The notes beneath the pieces are model-generated. The model did not search any database, had not been told where the DNA came from, and worked only from the letters and a program-made list of their open reading frames with translations. A stretch of 64,000 nt of DNA from assembly GCA_002405835.1 (NCBI GenBank), contig DHMO01000053.1, positions 50,273 through 114,272 of the forward strand, in the 5' to 3' direction. The position numbers and the translations under genes were made by a program. This stretch comes from Lentisphaeria bacterium UBA4640 (lineage in GTDB: Bacteria > Verrucomicrobiota > Lentisphaeria > Victivallales > UBA1829). Shown piece by piece: positions 37,801 through 45,916 of the stretch (position 1 is its first letter; the number at the start of each line of letters is the position of its first letter).

Positions 37801-38191
37801 CCGCTTCGGAACCGCCGATAAAGAACTCGCGGATAAAATCGCGGAAATCTTCCGGAATGCCGTTGCAACCGAAGATGCGGCGAAACTGCTGAGCCGTCCG
37901 GCGGAACCTGCGGAACTGTGGCGTGAACGGCAGTTCACGGTCCGGCTGAAGGGACACCTTGTCAACAGCGTATTCGACCGTGCGATTCTCTTCCGTGATA
38001 CCGCGGGAAAGGTTCGGAAAATTCAGCTTGTCGATTACAAGAGCGACCGTTCCGCTGATCCGGAATTCTACCGTGCGGCATATTCCGGACAGCTCTTCCG
38101 TTACGCGGAAATCCTGAAATCTCAATATAAAGTTCCCGTCGAACCGGTGATTTTCATGCTGAGAACAGGAAAAATGCTGAAATTGACATGA
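34859..38191 (+). CDS. AddA/RecB-like UvrD-family helicase with C-terminal nuclease domain
   Basis: Walker A ASAGTGKTFSL, motif II LLDEFQDTS, MTIHKSKGLDFD and VAMTRAR. C-terminal nuclease motif (VFDRAILF...IQLVDYKSD). Confidence 0.87.
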   Translation: METTAQNVRLIPNLAIMASAGTGKTFSLAMRYISLLQLGAKPEEIVAMTFSNKAAGEIFDKIIQELLFMCRRPEELATRIGTGLIPEGTTPDDLFRILQQILSMPQKLHIETIDSFFFKIINVFPLECGITGPITMLNEADDEQRIRTILTLLRDSSDDERRVLIEIIKQYSMEKEIATLFATADNTVKSYYSAYQKYPEKELWTKISGLTDISPEDIMTEKELEDIKQQLDAFFDVFPDRRGFKILPGFIESAIADISSPTKNNLAPFSKPLTEDWLNKDLAEFSYYKNFSLDGARLKTIKRVVRHFLAVECRKIMGQNEACYNLTRAYDLKYGQNIRKKGKLKFQDILFLLRPQEDSGSLELPFSERAVLEERLDATYNHYLLDEFQDTSDEQWRAMSNLVDEVFQNAQDRFRSFFYVGDIKQSIYQWREGNPKLFGMIAEKYSREQFGESGLKVSSLAKSYRSSCAVIESVNQVFLDPQKITNANVRAAMESMKFEEHESADSAKKQAGFSALIVCSGQTENNKSVTAQAIYNLLEAVNPFSGERSFTVGVLAQGNNYIEKTSEDLRKIIAREGKSEKIAISAEGKMLLDSSMIFTAYRKLLSLALHPGDMMARGFLSMLYIEEKACFLHEMPELCGERNLEFGKWLERISGKIRDSIAANGFHAFLEYFIRIFKPLINVTDAKRLALALDTANAFDATGKSEIRDFLHTLDCTEGNTASVRKTVQFMTIHKSKGLDFDIVILPDLYDKNGIDAGREKSLILKKDSSFRPEWISHKPASNLLPYFPAVAEAVSASKAANTYEQCCKLYVAMTRARHALYILIPDEKAGNSYRFTKLLRETLKGTTPEAEEWIRQINEKQIQNSVPEEIPETMQLLYATGDPLWMEKSGETKKDSRAEFLKEAEKRFGETMKRYYASRGEAVKPPVRALPVRPSEHKPDDSSLFSGNGAELGTHLHELFAQIPYLDEISPEILLSQYLDRFGTADKELADKIAEIFRNAVATEDAAKLLSRPAEPAELWRERQFTVRLKGHLVNSVFDRAILFRDTAGKVRKIQLVDYKSDRSADPEFYRAAYSGQLFRYAEILKSQYKVPVEPVIFMLRTGKMLKLT

Positions 38192-38263
38192 TTTTTTGCG
38201 AATTTCATTTGAAATTTTCCATTTCCGGTTGAATATTGAAAGAGAAAAGAAGGAGATTCGGTT

Positions 38264-40156
38264 ATGGGTAAGAGATCGCGCCGTCTGGAACGGAAGGAAA
38301 AACGTTTGAAACGGATGAAAACCGTGAGCGGGGTGCTGTCCACGGCCGCCGGAGGCTTCGGCTTCGTCAATGCGGCGGACGGGACGGAAGTTTTCATTCC
38401 GCCTTCAGGCATGAACGGCGCACTCGACGGCGATACCGTCGAAACCCAGATCACGTCCGAACGCGATGAACGCGGTCCTGTCGGGCGCATCTCCCGCATT
38501 CTCAACAGAGGACGCGAATTCATGGTTTGCGAACTGGTCGACGGTCACTCCGCCCGTCCGCTGAACCGCAACATCTCGACGACAATTAAAATCAGCGGCT
38601 CGCTCAAAGGCGCGAAAAAGGGCGACTGGGTAAAACTCCGTCTGCTGGACAGCGGCTCGAAGTATACGGAATCTCTGCGCGGCGCAGTGGAAGAACCGCT
38701 TGAAAAGGCGGGAACGGTCTACGGTGACCTTCTTGCCGTCGCACGCGAATTCGATATGCCCGGTCCCTACACGCCCGAGTTCGAAGCGTATGCGGCAAAA
38801 CTCCAGCCTTCGGCGACTGTGCAGCGCGAAGATCTTTCCAGTCTGTTCACCGTCACGATCGACCCGAAAGACGCAAAGGATTTCGACGACGCGCTTTCCA
38901 TTGAAGACGGAGAAAAAGAGTGGAAAATCGGGGTGCACATCGCGGATGTCGCCGCCTATGTCCGCCCTGGAACCAAGCTCGACCGCGAGGCGCGCAGACG
39001 CGCTTTTTCCTCCTATATTCCCGGCATGTTCCGTCCGATGCTGCCGCGTCCGCTGACACAGAAAATCAGTCTGCGGCAGGATGCCGATTCGCTGGCGCAT
39101 ACCGTCATTCTGACCGTCCGGAAGCGTGACGGTGCAATCACCTCAACCCGCCGTACCTTTTCGCTGATACGAGTCAATCAACGGCTGAACTACGATGAAG
39201 TTCAGGAGTTCATCGACGGCTCAACGCCGGAATCATGGACTGAAGAGCTCAAAAACGCCGTCGCTCTGCTGACCAAAGCAACTCGCAAAATGCGAGCCCG
39301 CCGCAAACGCCGCGAAGAGTTTCTTTCCTTCGACACTCCGGAAATCCGCGTGCTCTGCGATGAAGCGACGCATGAGATTCAGGGCATTGAGCGCCGCGAA
39401 CAGCGCGAATCCGATGAACTTGTCGAGGAATGCATGCTTGCGGCCAACAGCGCCGTTGCGGAAGAGATTTCCATTGCAAATTTCGCCGGGATCTACCGCA
39501 TACACCCGGAGCCTGAACCGGAAAAACTGGATGAATTCACCCTCTTCGTTGCCGCGCTCCTGAAGCGGATGCCGGGAGATTTGACAAACCGCAAAGTCTG
39601 CAACGAGTTCCTGGATCACCTTCCCGACGACCACCGGAAATATGTCATCACCGCGAATTTCCTGCGCGCCATGGCCCGCGCCTCCTACTCGCCCGAACCG
39701 GGACTGCACTACGGACTAGGAAAAACGCGCTATTCGCATTTCACCAGCCCGATCCGCCGCTATTCCGACCTGGCACTGCATCAGCAGCTCCATGCGGCGG
39801 CGGAAAATACGCGTCTGCGTTCCAAAAAAACGTTTACCGCGATTGCGCTGGAATGTTCCAAGCGTGAGGAACGGAACGATGAAGCCTACTTCGCCGCAAA
39901 CGACCGCTTGAAACTTCACTATCTGAAGTCGCGGAATGCGCTGGAAACGATGAAGCTTTACGAAGGAGTTGTCATTAAAATGTCGTCGCAGGGCATGATC
40001 TGCGATATTCCGGAATACGGATTGCGTGGATTCGTTCCCGCGCGCTATCTGCGCTCCCGCACGAAACGTCCGCCGAAAACGGGCGACTTCATCTATCTTT
40101 ATCTGGACAGCCTGGATTTTTCGCGCGGCTCGGCGGTGTTCCGCCCGACGCTGTAA
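38264..40156 (+). CDS. rnr: Ribonuclease R (RNB-family 3'-5' exoribonuclease)
   Basis: N-terminal cold-shock-like GFGFV, RNB motif TIDPKDAKDFDDALS, HFTSPIRRYSDL, and a C-terminal S1-like domain. GAAGGAG RBS. Confidence 0.9.
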   Translation: MGKRSRRLERKEKRLKRMKTVSGVLSTAAGGFGFVNAADGTEVFIPPSGMNGALDGDTVETQITSERDERGPVGRISRILNRGREFMVCELVDGHSARPLNRNISTTIKISGSLKGAKKGDWVKLRLLDSGSKYTESLRGAVEEPLEKAGTVYGDLLAVAREFDMPGPYTPEFEAYAAKLQPSATVQREDLSSLFTVTIDPKDAKDFDDALSIEDGEKEWKIGVHIADVAAYVRPGTKLDREARRRAFSSYIPGMFRPMLPRPLTQKISLRQDADSLAHTVILTVRKRDGAITSTRRTFSLIRVNQRLNYDEVQEFIDGSTPESWTEELKNAVALLTKATRKMRARRKRREEFLSFDTPEIRVLCDEATHEIQGIERREQRESDELVEECMLAANSAVAEEISIANFAGIYRIHPEPEPEKLDEFTLFVAALLKRMPGDLTNRKVCNEFLDHLPDDHRKYVITANFLRAMARASYSPEPGLHYGLGKTRYSHFTSPIRRYSDLALHQQLHAAAENTRLRSKKTFTAIALECSKREERNDEAYFAANDRLKLHYLKSRNALETMKLYEGVVIKMSSQGMICDIPEYGLRGFVPARYLRSRTKRPPKTGDFIYLYLDSLDFSRGSAVFRPTL

Positions 40157-40161
40157 GCGAA

Positions 40162-41883
40162 TCAGTTCTTATACCACTTCGGCATTCCTTCGGCACGGAG
40201 GGCGGCGACATGTTCGACGCGGTCGCGCAGGATTTCTTCGCGGGACCAGCGCAGCAGCGGATCGCGGTACGGAGTGCCGGCCGTGGATTTTGTGGCAATC
40301 AGAATTTCCTTTTCCGCAAGCGGCGGAAGAACCGGATTTGCATCCAGCGCCGCAATTGTTCCGCCCTTGCGGCGTCCGAACGGCTTCGATTCATAGAGAT
40401 GGAATCCCAGCTTCAGCAGAGCTCCTTTGAAGGGAAAGGCGCCGCAGTAGGAGGCTAACAGCCCGTCGGGCTTCAGACGGTCTTTGAGTTTGGACAGGAA
40501 ATCAATGGTCCAGAGCTCCGGATTCGTATCGGGCGTGAAGCCGTCGAGGAAGATAAAATCGTAATGTGCGGCAAGATAACGCACCGATTCCCGGGCGTCC
40601 CCGAGCATGAGCTCCACGCGCGCGACAGATGATTCATAAACGCCTTTTTCCGCGAGAGCTCGCACGATTTCCAGCCCTTTCCGTTCCGGCAGACGCTGCG
40701 CCGCATCAAGGGCGGCTGGATCAGCTTCAAGCGTTGTAATGTAAAGTTTGCCCTTTCCCCCGGTGCTCTCCGCCAGTTCAACGGCGGAACAGACATTGAA
40801 GCCCATTCCGAAACCGACGTCCAGGATCGATGCGCTCTTTCCGTTTTTCAGGCGGTCGGCGACTCCGCATGGAATCAGGTATTTGCGGGTGGATTCCTCC
40901 CATGCGCCCGCCGTGCTGTGAAAGTGCTGGCGGTACCCGGGGTGATAAAAGGTGTAGGAGCCATCCTCCGTCCGGACCGCTTTCATGCAATCCGGAGAGA
41001 TTTCGCCCGATTCAAACATTTTCAGGAACATATCCGTAAATGCGGATTTTGACATCCACCAGTGCGGCGCGACAATCTCCTCTTTCGGAGCATCCGCGCA
41101 GAGCCGCATCACAATCCAGCCTTCCGGAAGCTCCCGTAAAAAGCGTGCAAGCGCCGCCGCATATTCGTATTCATTCAGGGGAACAACCTTGCCATCATGG
41201 AACATCTTTTCAAGTTTTGTCCCTTTCAGCACCAGCAGGTTATGAACTTTGACTCCGGAAAACGGCAGTTCCGCGAGTTTGTGCGCGGTCTGCAGAAAAT
41301 CCGTCTCCGTTTCCCCCGGAAGTCCGAGAATCACATGGGCGGAAACTTTGATTCCATGCGCATGAAGACGCGTCACGGCATCCGCAACCGCATCAAAATG
41401 GTGTCCGCGGTTGATACGATCCAGCGTTTCATCATTGGCGGACTGCACGCCGAGTTCAACCCAGATGTCATACTGTTTCGCCAGTTCCGCAATCACCTCA
41501 ACCGTTTCCGGCGGCAGGCAGTCGGGACGCGTGGCGATGATGACCGTGTTGAACGGCGCCAGCGAGAGCGCGCGGTTGTAGATTTCCCGCAGCTTTTCCG
41601 CCGGAGCATTCGTCGATGTAAACGCCTGAAAATAAGCGGCATATGGCGGATCCGCATGATAGCGGACCCGGACATATTCCACGCTGCGCCGCACCTGCTC
41701 TTCCAGCGTCATGCCGTCATGAAGATGCTGAGCGCGGCTGCCGTCCGCCGAACAGAATGCGCAGCCGCCATGCCCCTTCGGGTCGCGGTGCGGACAGGAG
41801 AGCCCGAGATCAAGCGGAATGCGCTGGATTGCGTGTCCGTACAGCCCGGTAAAATAGTCTTTCAGAGTCCGGATCGTTTTCAT
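40162..41883 (-). CDS. Fusion protein: TIGR01212 (YhcC/YtqA-type) radical-SAM domain + MnmC-type (DUF752) SAM methyltransferase domain
   Basis: The N-terminal half has SCPHRDPKGHGGCAFC, YFQAFTSTNAP, TRPDC, WVELGVQS and INRGH. The C-terminal half has ILDVGFGMGFN, FIFLDGFTPDTNPELWT, GLLASY and FGRRKGG, the signatures of the MnmC methyltransferase domain. Confidence 0.8.
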   Translation of the reverse strand: MKTIRTLKDYFTGLYGHAIQRIPLDLGLSCPHRDPKGHGGCAFCSADGSRAQHLHDGMTLEEQVRRSVEYVRVRYHADPPYAAYFQAFTSTNAPAEKLREIYNRALSLAPFNTVIIATRPDCLPPETVEVIAELAKQYDIWVELGVQSANDETLDRINRGHHFDAVADAVTRLHAHGIKVSAHVILGLPGETETDFLQTAHKLAELPFSGVKVHNLLVLKGTKLEKMFHDGKVVPLNEYEYAAALARFLRELPEGWIVMRLCADAPKEEIVAPHWWMSKSAFTDMFLKMFESGEISPDCMKAVRTEDGSYTFYHPGYRQHFHSTAGAWEESTRKYLIPCGVADRLKNGKSASILDVGFGMGFNVCSAVELAESTGGKGKLYITTLEADPAALDAAQRLPERKGLEIVRALAEKGVYESSVARVELMLGDARESVRYLAAHYDFIFLDGFTPDTNPELWTIDFLSKLKDRLKPDGLLASYCGAFPFKGALLKLGFHLYESKPFGRRKGGTIAALDANPVLPPLAEKEILIATKSTAGTPYRDPLLRWSREEILRDRVEHVAALRAEGMPKWYKN

Positions 41884-42584
41884 CGTGCAGGCAGAAACGA
41901 TGCATAGGAATGAAGAGTCCGGATCGCCTCCGCCGGACCTTCTTTCGCGCGGAAAACGGCGGTTCCGGCAACCAGAATCGAGGCTCCGGCTGCGATGATT
42001 CCCGGTGCGGTCTTTGCGTCGATTCCGCCGTCGACCTGAATCCGGCAGGCGGGATTGTGCGTGCGGAGAAGCTCATGCAGTTCCGCCACTTTCGGGATCA
42101 TATCCGCCATGAAGGACTGCCCGCCGAATCCCGGTTCAACCGTCATTACGAGCACCATATCCACATCCTTCAGATAGGGAACAATCGCGGACACCGGGGT
42201 CTTCGGCTTGACGGAAATGCCGACCGAAACGCCCTGCCCGCGGATTGCCCGGATCACGGCGGCGGGATCATCCTCCGCTTCAACGTGGAAGGTCAGCAGT
42301 TCCGCCCCCGCATCCGAGAACGGCTTGACGTACTGGAGCGGATGCGAAATCATGAGATGTGTGTCAAACAGAGAATCCGAATGCGCGCGGAGCGACTTCA
42401 CCAGCGGAGGCCCGAAAGTGATGTTCGGGACGAAATGCCCGTCCATGACATCAAGGTGAATCATGTCGCATCCCGCTTCTTCCACCGTGCGGACTCCGGC
42501 CGCGAGATTGGCGAAATCAGCGGAAAGAATGGACGGCGAGACGAGGATTCCGTCCGCAGGAAAATCAGTCAGCAGGTGTTTCAT
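41880..42584 (-). CDS. rpe: Ribulose-phosphate 3-epimerase
   Basis: SILSADF, HLDVMDGHFVPNITFG, MTVEPGFGGQ and VDGGI. Confidence 0.93.
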   Translation of the reverse strand: MKHLLTDFPADGILVSPSILSADFANLAAGVRTVEEAGCDMIHLDVMDGHFVPNITFGPPLVKSLRAHSDSLFDTHLMISHPLQYVKPFSDAGAELLTFHVEAEDDPAAVIRAIRGQGVSVGISVKPKTPVSAIVPYLKDVDMVLVMTVEPGFGGQSFMADMIPKVAELHELLRTHNPACRIQVDGGIDAKTAPGIIAAGASILVAGTAVFRAKEGPAEAIRTLHSYASFLPAR

Positions 42585-43390
42585 GCGCTGCCTCCGTTTG
42601 TTGTGCCGCCGTAGGGATACGGCAGAAATTTCAGATCGTTTCTGTTATGAAGCATGCAGCTGCCTATCGTGTAGATGTAGCGGAAACTGTCCGACGAAAC
42701 CGCGCAGGAAAAGAGCATGGCGGCAACCAGCGACAGCAGTTCTTCCGTGCTCCAGATATGAATTCCAGGTTCCGGATTCGGCATTTCGCCCCACTGGTGC
42801 GAAGGGGAATAGAGCGTTCCCGCCCGCAGCAGAACAAATTCACCCTGAAAGCGGACCACGTCGAACGGCATATTGAAGTGTTCACCCGCCAGCCTGGCAA
42901 TGATGCAGCACATGAAATCCGTTGCATAACCGTCTTCAAGAATCGTTCCGATGCAGATCTGATCGGCATTCATATCCTCCATGAACGAGGGCGAGCAGGA
43001 GAACTTTTTCTGAAGCTGAATCAGAAGACGGCGCGGCGTGGTGCAATTCTTGCCCATTTTCGCAAGGAATTCATTCCACTGATCGGAAATCTCTCCGCGT
43101 GTGTCGTTGTCAAACCAGAGCAGATGCAGACGCAGAATTCCTTCCAGCAGAGAGAGCTCGTTCCGCTCCAGCGCCTCGCCGAGCTGACGGCGGTTCCGGC
43201 GTTTGATGATTGCGGACTGCAGCTGATGAATCCGGCGGCGCAGTTTCGCATCGGAGGTCTCCTGCAGAGAGCGCAGAATGCGCTCCAGACGCGGATCGTC
43301 CTGCTGAAGCAGTTCCGCCATTGCAATGCTGGCGGACTGTTCGTTGTCGTCGTCCAGAAGTTTCAGAAGATTCTTGAAGTTATCGGGCAT
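42581..43390 (-). CDS. Hypothetical protein (helical N-terminus; weak SirB1/transglutaminase-like resemblance)
   Basis: Coding is supported by operon position (4-nt overlap with rpe, 4-nt gap to the upstream exonuclease gene). Family assignment is weak: only the DGYATDFMCCIIARLAGEHFNMPFDVVRFQGEFVLLR pattern supports it. Confidence 0.5.
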   Translation of the reverse strand: MPDNFKNLLKLLDDDNEQSASIAMAELLQQDDPRLERILRSLQETSDAKLRRRIHQLQSAIIKRRNRRQLGEALERNELSLLEGILRLHLLWFDNDTRGEISDQWNEFLAKMGKNCTTPRRLLIQLQKKFSCSPSFMEDMNADQICIGTILEDGYATDFMCCIIARLAGEHFNMPFDVVRFQGEFVLLRAGTLYSPSHQWGEMPNPEPGIHIWSTEELLSLVAAMLFSCAVSSDSFRYIYTIGSCMLHNRNDLKFLPYPYGGTTNGGSA

Positions 43391-43394
43391 TGGC

Positions 43395-44207
43395 TCACTG
43401 CTTTTCCGGAAAATATCCTTTTAACGCATCGGAAGCAATTTTTTTGACATCGGTCGAGAAATCCGCCTTGAGAATCCAGCGGAGAAATTCGGGATTTTCG
43501 ATTGCGATTTTCTTCAGAGGTTCCCCCGCATGACGTCCGAATCCAACCACCGCTTCGCCGGCGCGCCATTTGAAGCGTCCGTCGGGATCAATGGCGTCCG
43601 GAATCTTCGGCATGCAGAGCTGATGAATCGTATCAAGATCCGGCGTGAATTCCACATCTTCAGGCAGTTCTTCGGAGGTCCACTGCGAATACTTTTCAAC
43701 TTCCGCCTCAAAGACTTCGAGCGAGGCAAGCGTATCGGCTTCCGCGGAATGGGCATCCTCCAGGCTCTTTCCGCAGAACTTTTTGTAGGCGGCGGAAAGT
43801 GTGCGCGGCTCCATCTTGCAATAAAGGTAGTAAGCATCGACAATACGGCGGTTCTTCACATCGAATTCAAGTCCGGCACGCTGGAATTCCTTCACGAGCA
43901 CGGGAACATCGAATTTGACGACATTGTAGCCGCCGAGGTCGCAGTCTTCAAGATAGATGTAGAGACTCTGCGCAATCTGACGGAAAACAGGTTCGTTTTT
44001 GACGTCCTCATCATAGATTCCGTGAATCGCGGAGGACTCTTCCGGAATGTGCATTTCCGGATTGATGCGGCGCGTTTTGACTTCACGCGTGCCGTCGGGA
44101 AAAAGTTTGACAACGGATATTTCAACAATCCGGTCGGTAAGCATATTGGTTCCGGTTGTCTCCAGGTCGAAGAACACCAGCGGACGGTCTTTGATAATAG
44201 AAAGCAT
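43395..44207 (-). CDS. DnaQ/DEDD-family 3'-5' exonuclease with a C-terminal DUF3820-like extension
   Basis: Exo I FFDLETTG, Exo II IHGIYDEDV and an Exo III-like HSAEADT. The C-terminal GFGRHAGEPLKKIAIENPEFLRWIL is DUF3820-like. The start is set at ATG 44207, preceded by GAAGGAG. The track ORF extends to 44411 but would overlap hydF. Confidence 0.8.
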   Translation of the reverse strand: MLSIIKDRPLVFFDLETTGTNMLTDRIVEISVVKLFPDGTREVKTRRINPEMHIPEESSAIHGIYDEDVKNEPVFRQIAQSLYIYLEDCDLGGYNVVKFDVPVLVKEFQRAGLEFDVKNRRIVDAYYLYCKMEPRTLSAAYKKFCGKSLEDAHSAEADTLASLEVFEAEVEKYSQWTSEELPEDVEFTPDLDTIHQLCMPKIPDAIDPDGRFKWRAGEAVVGFGRHAGEPLKKIAIENPEFLRWILKADFSTDVKKIASDALKGYFPEKQ

Positions 44208-44325
44208 GATTGACTCCTTCAATTTTTCAGCATGGAATATACACCGGCTTGAAGGATTTAGCAAATGCAATTCCGGAAAAGTTCGCTGAAAGATGAGTTC
44301 CGGCGGACTTTTCCGGAAAGAACAC

Positions 44326-45579
44326 TCATCCGTTGTGTTTTTTTGCTTTGCGGAACGCTTCAAGCGCGGCGGGGAACGGCGTAAGGACACGCTCCAGAAC
44401 GCCCTGCACATACGAAATGCACATCCCGTAATTCGTTACCGGAACACCCGCTTTTGCGGCGGTCTGAATGCGCGACAGCACCTCGCGGCGGTTCAGCATG
44501 CATCCTCCGCAGTGAATGACCAGTTTGAACTCGGAAAGATTTTCCGGATAATCGCGTCCCGCGTAAACCTGAATATCAAGCCCCTCCCCTGCGAACTGAC
44601 CGAGCCAGCGCGGAATCTTCACCCGCCCTATATCATCTTTTGTTGCGTGGTGTGAACATGCTTCCGCAATCAGAACCTTGTCGCCCGGACGCAGCGCATC
44701 AATCGCAGCGGTTCCGCGCGCCATCAGGAGCATATCGCCTTTCAGACGTGAAAGAAGAATGGAAAAAGTTGTGCACGGAATTCCCGACGGAGTCTCCGCA
44801 ACCATTCTTTTGACCACCTGCGAATCGCAGACAACCAGATCCGGCGGATTCTTCAGATTCTCCAGAACTTTTGTGTAGCCGTCCTCTTTGACCGTGAGGA
44901 TTGCGACGTCATGGTCGAGCGCATCGCGGATCGTCTGCACCTGCGGCAGAATCAGACGGCCTTTCGGAGCCTGCAGATCAATCGGAACAATCAGAACGAC
45001 AACTCCGCCCGGTTTCACAAGATCGCCGATCAGCGGAGGTGTGACGATAAAATCTTCAGGCACATTCTCGATCAGAGCCCGTTTGAAATCCGCAATATAA
45101 TTTTCGCGTTTTTCTTTGCTGATACTGCTGACCGCGACAACCGATTTCACTCCGGCGGCTTTCAGCTGAGCAAAAAAAGCTGTGTCCGGTTCCCGCTGAT
45201 CGCATTTGTTGACGATCGCGACAACAGGAATCTTATGTTCTTCCGCCTCCGCGAGAATGGTTTCTTCCGGAGCCCCCCAGCATCCGGCTTCGCAAAGAAC
45301 GACCGCAATATCCGCCCGGTTGAACACGCGCATGCTGCGTTTGACGCGCTCCGCGCCGAGCTCCGTCACATCGTCGATTCCCGCAGTATCGAGGAAGACG
45401 ACCGGACCGAGCGGCAGGAGTTCCATCGCTTTTTCGACCACGTCGGTTGTCGTTCCGGGAACCGGCGACGTAATCGCGACATCCTGTCCGGAAATGAGAT
45501 TGAGAAAGCTGGATTTACCCACATTCGTGCGTCCGAAGAGGGCTATTTGCAGACGGAGAGATTTCGGCGTATTTTCCAT
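44326..45579 (-). CDS. hydF: [FeFe]-hydrogenase H-cluster maturation GTPase
   Basis: GTPase motifs GRTNVGKSS, DTAG and NKCD. C-terminal cluster-binding CSHH...HCGGC pattern. Confidence 0.85.
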   Translation of the reverse strand: MENTPKSLRLQIALFGRTNVGKSSFLNLISGQDVAITSPVPGTTTDVVEKAMELLPLGPVVFLDTAGIDDVTELGAERVKRSMRVFNRADIAVVLCEAGCWGAPEETILAEAEEHKIPVVAIVNKCDQREPDTAFFAQLKAAGVKSVVAVSSISKEKRENYIADFKRALIENVPEDFIVTPPLIGDLVKPGGVVVLIVPIDLQAPKGRLILPQVQTIRDALDHDVAILTVKEDGYTKVLENLKNPPDLVVCDSQVVKRMVAETPSGIPCTTFSILLSRLKGDMLLMARGTAAIDALRPGDKVLIAEACSHHATKDDIGRVKIPRWLGQFAGEGLDIQVYAGRDYPENLSEFKLVIHCGGCMLNRREVLSRIQTAAKAGVPVTNYGMCISYVQGVLERVLTPFPAALEAFRKAKKHNG

Positions 45580-45916
45580 AGTGCAGACCTTTGGTTCTTT
45601 TCTTCAAGTAATATGGAACGACTTCAAAAAAAATCAAGAGATTGTCGCTCAGAAAAACAGAAAAAACTCTTCCGTATTTTTTATTTACCCCGTGCACTTT
45701 CATTTGCAAATTAATCATACAATATTTCCAATAAGATTTCCTGATTTTACGAGTCAACTTTTTAACAGAGTTCTAAACACTCTTTTTGTAGTTCAGCATT
45801 ACAAACATATCGCAACTTTAAAAAGTTTATTTTATTTTAACTCAATACTTGAAAATGATTTTTTAAATGTTAATTTAAAGCATTAATTTTTTACTAAACG
45901 AAGAAAGGGAAAATAT

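Noticed and set aside
44208-44411. N-terminal extension of the exonuclease ORF (the track starts at 44411).
   Set aside because: The extension would overlap the 3' end of hydF by 86 nt and is Arg/Ser-rich. The internal ATG at 44207 has a GAAGGAG RBS and begins right at the conserved Exo I region (MLSIIKDRPLVFFDLETTG).
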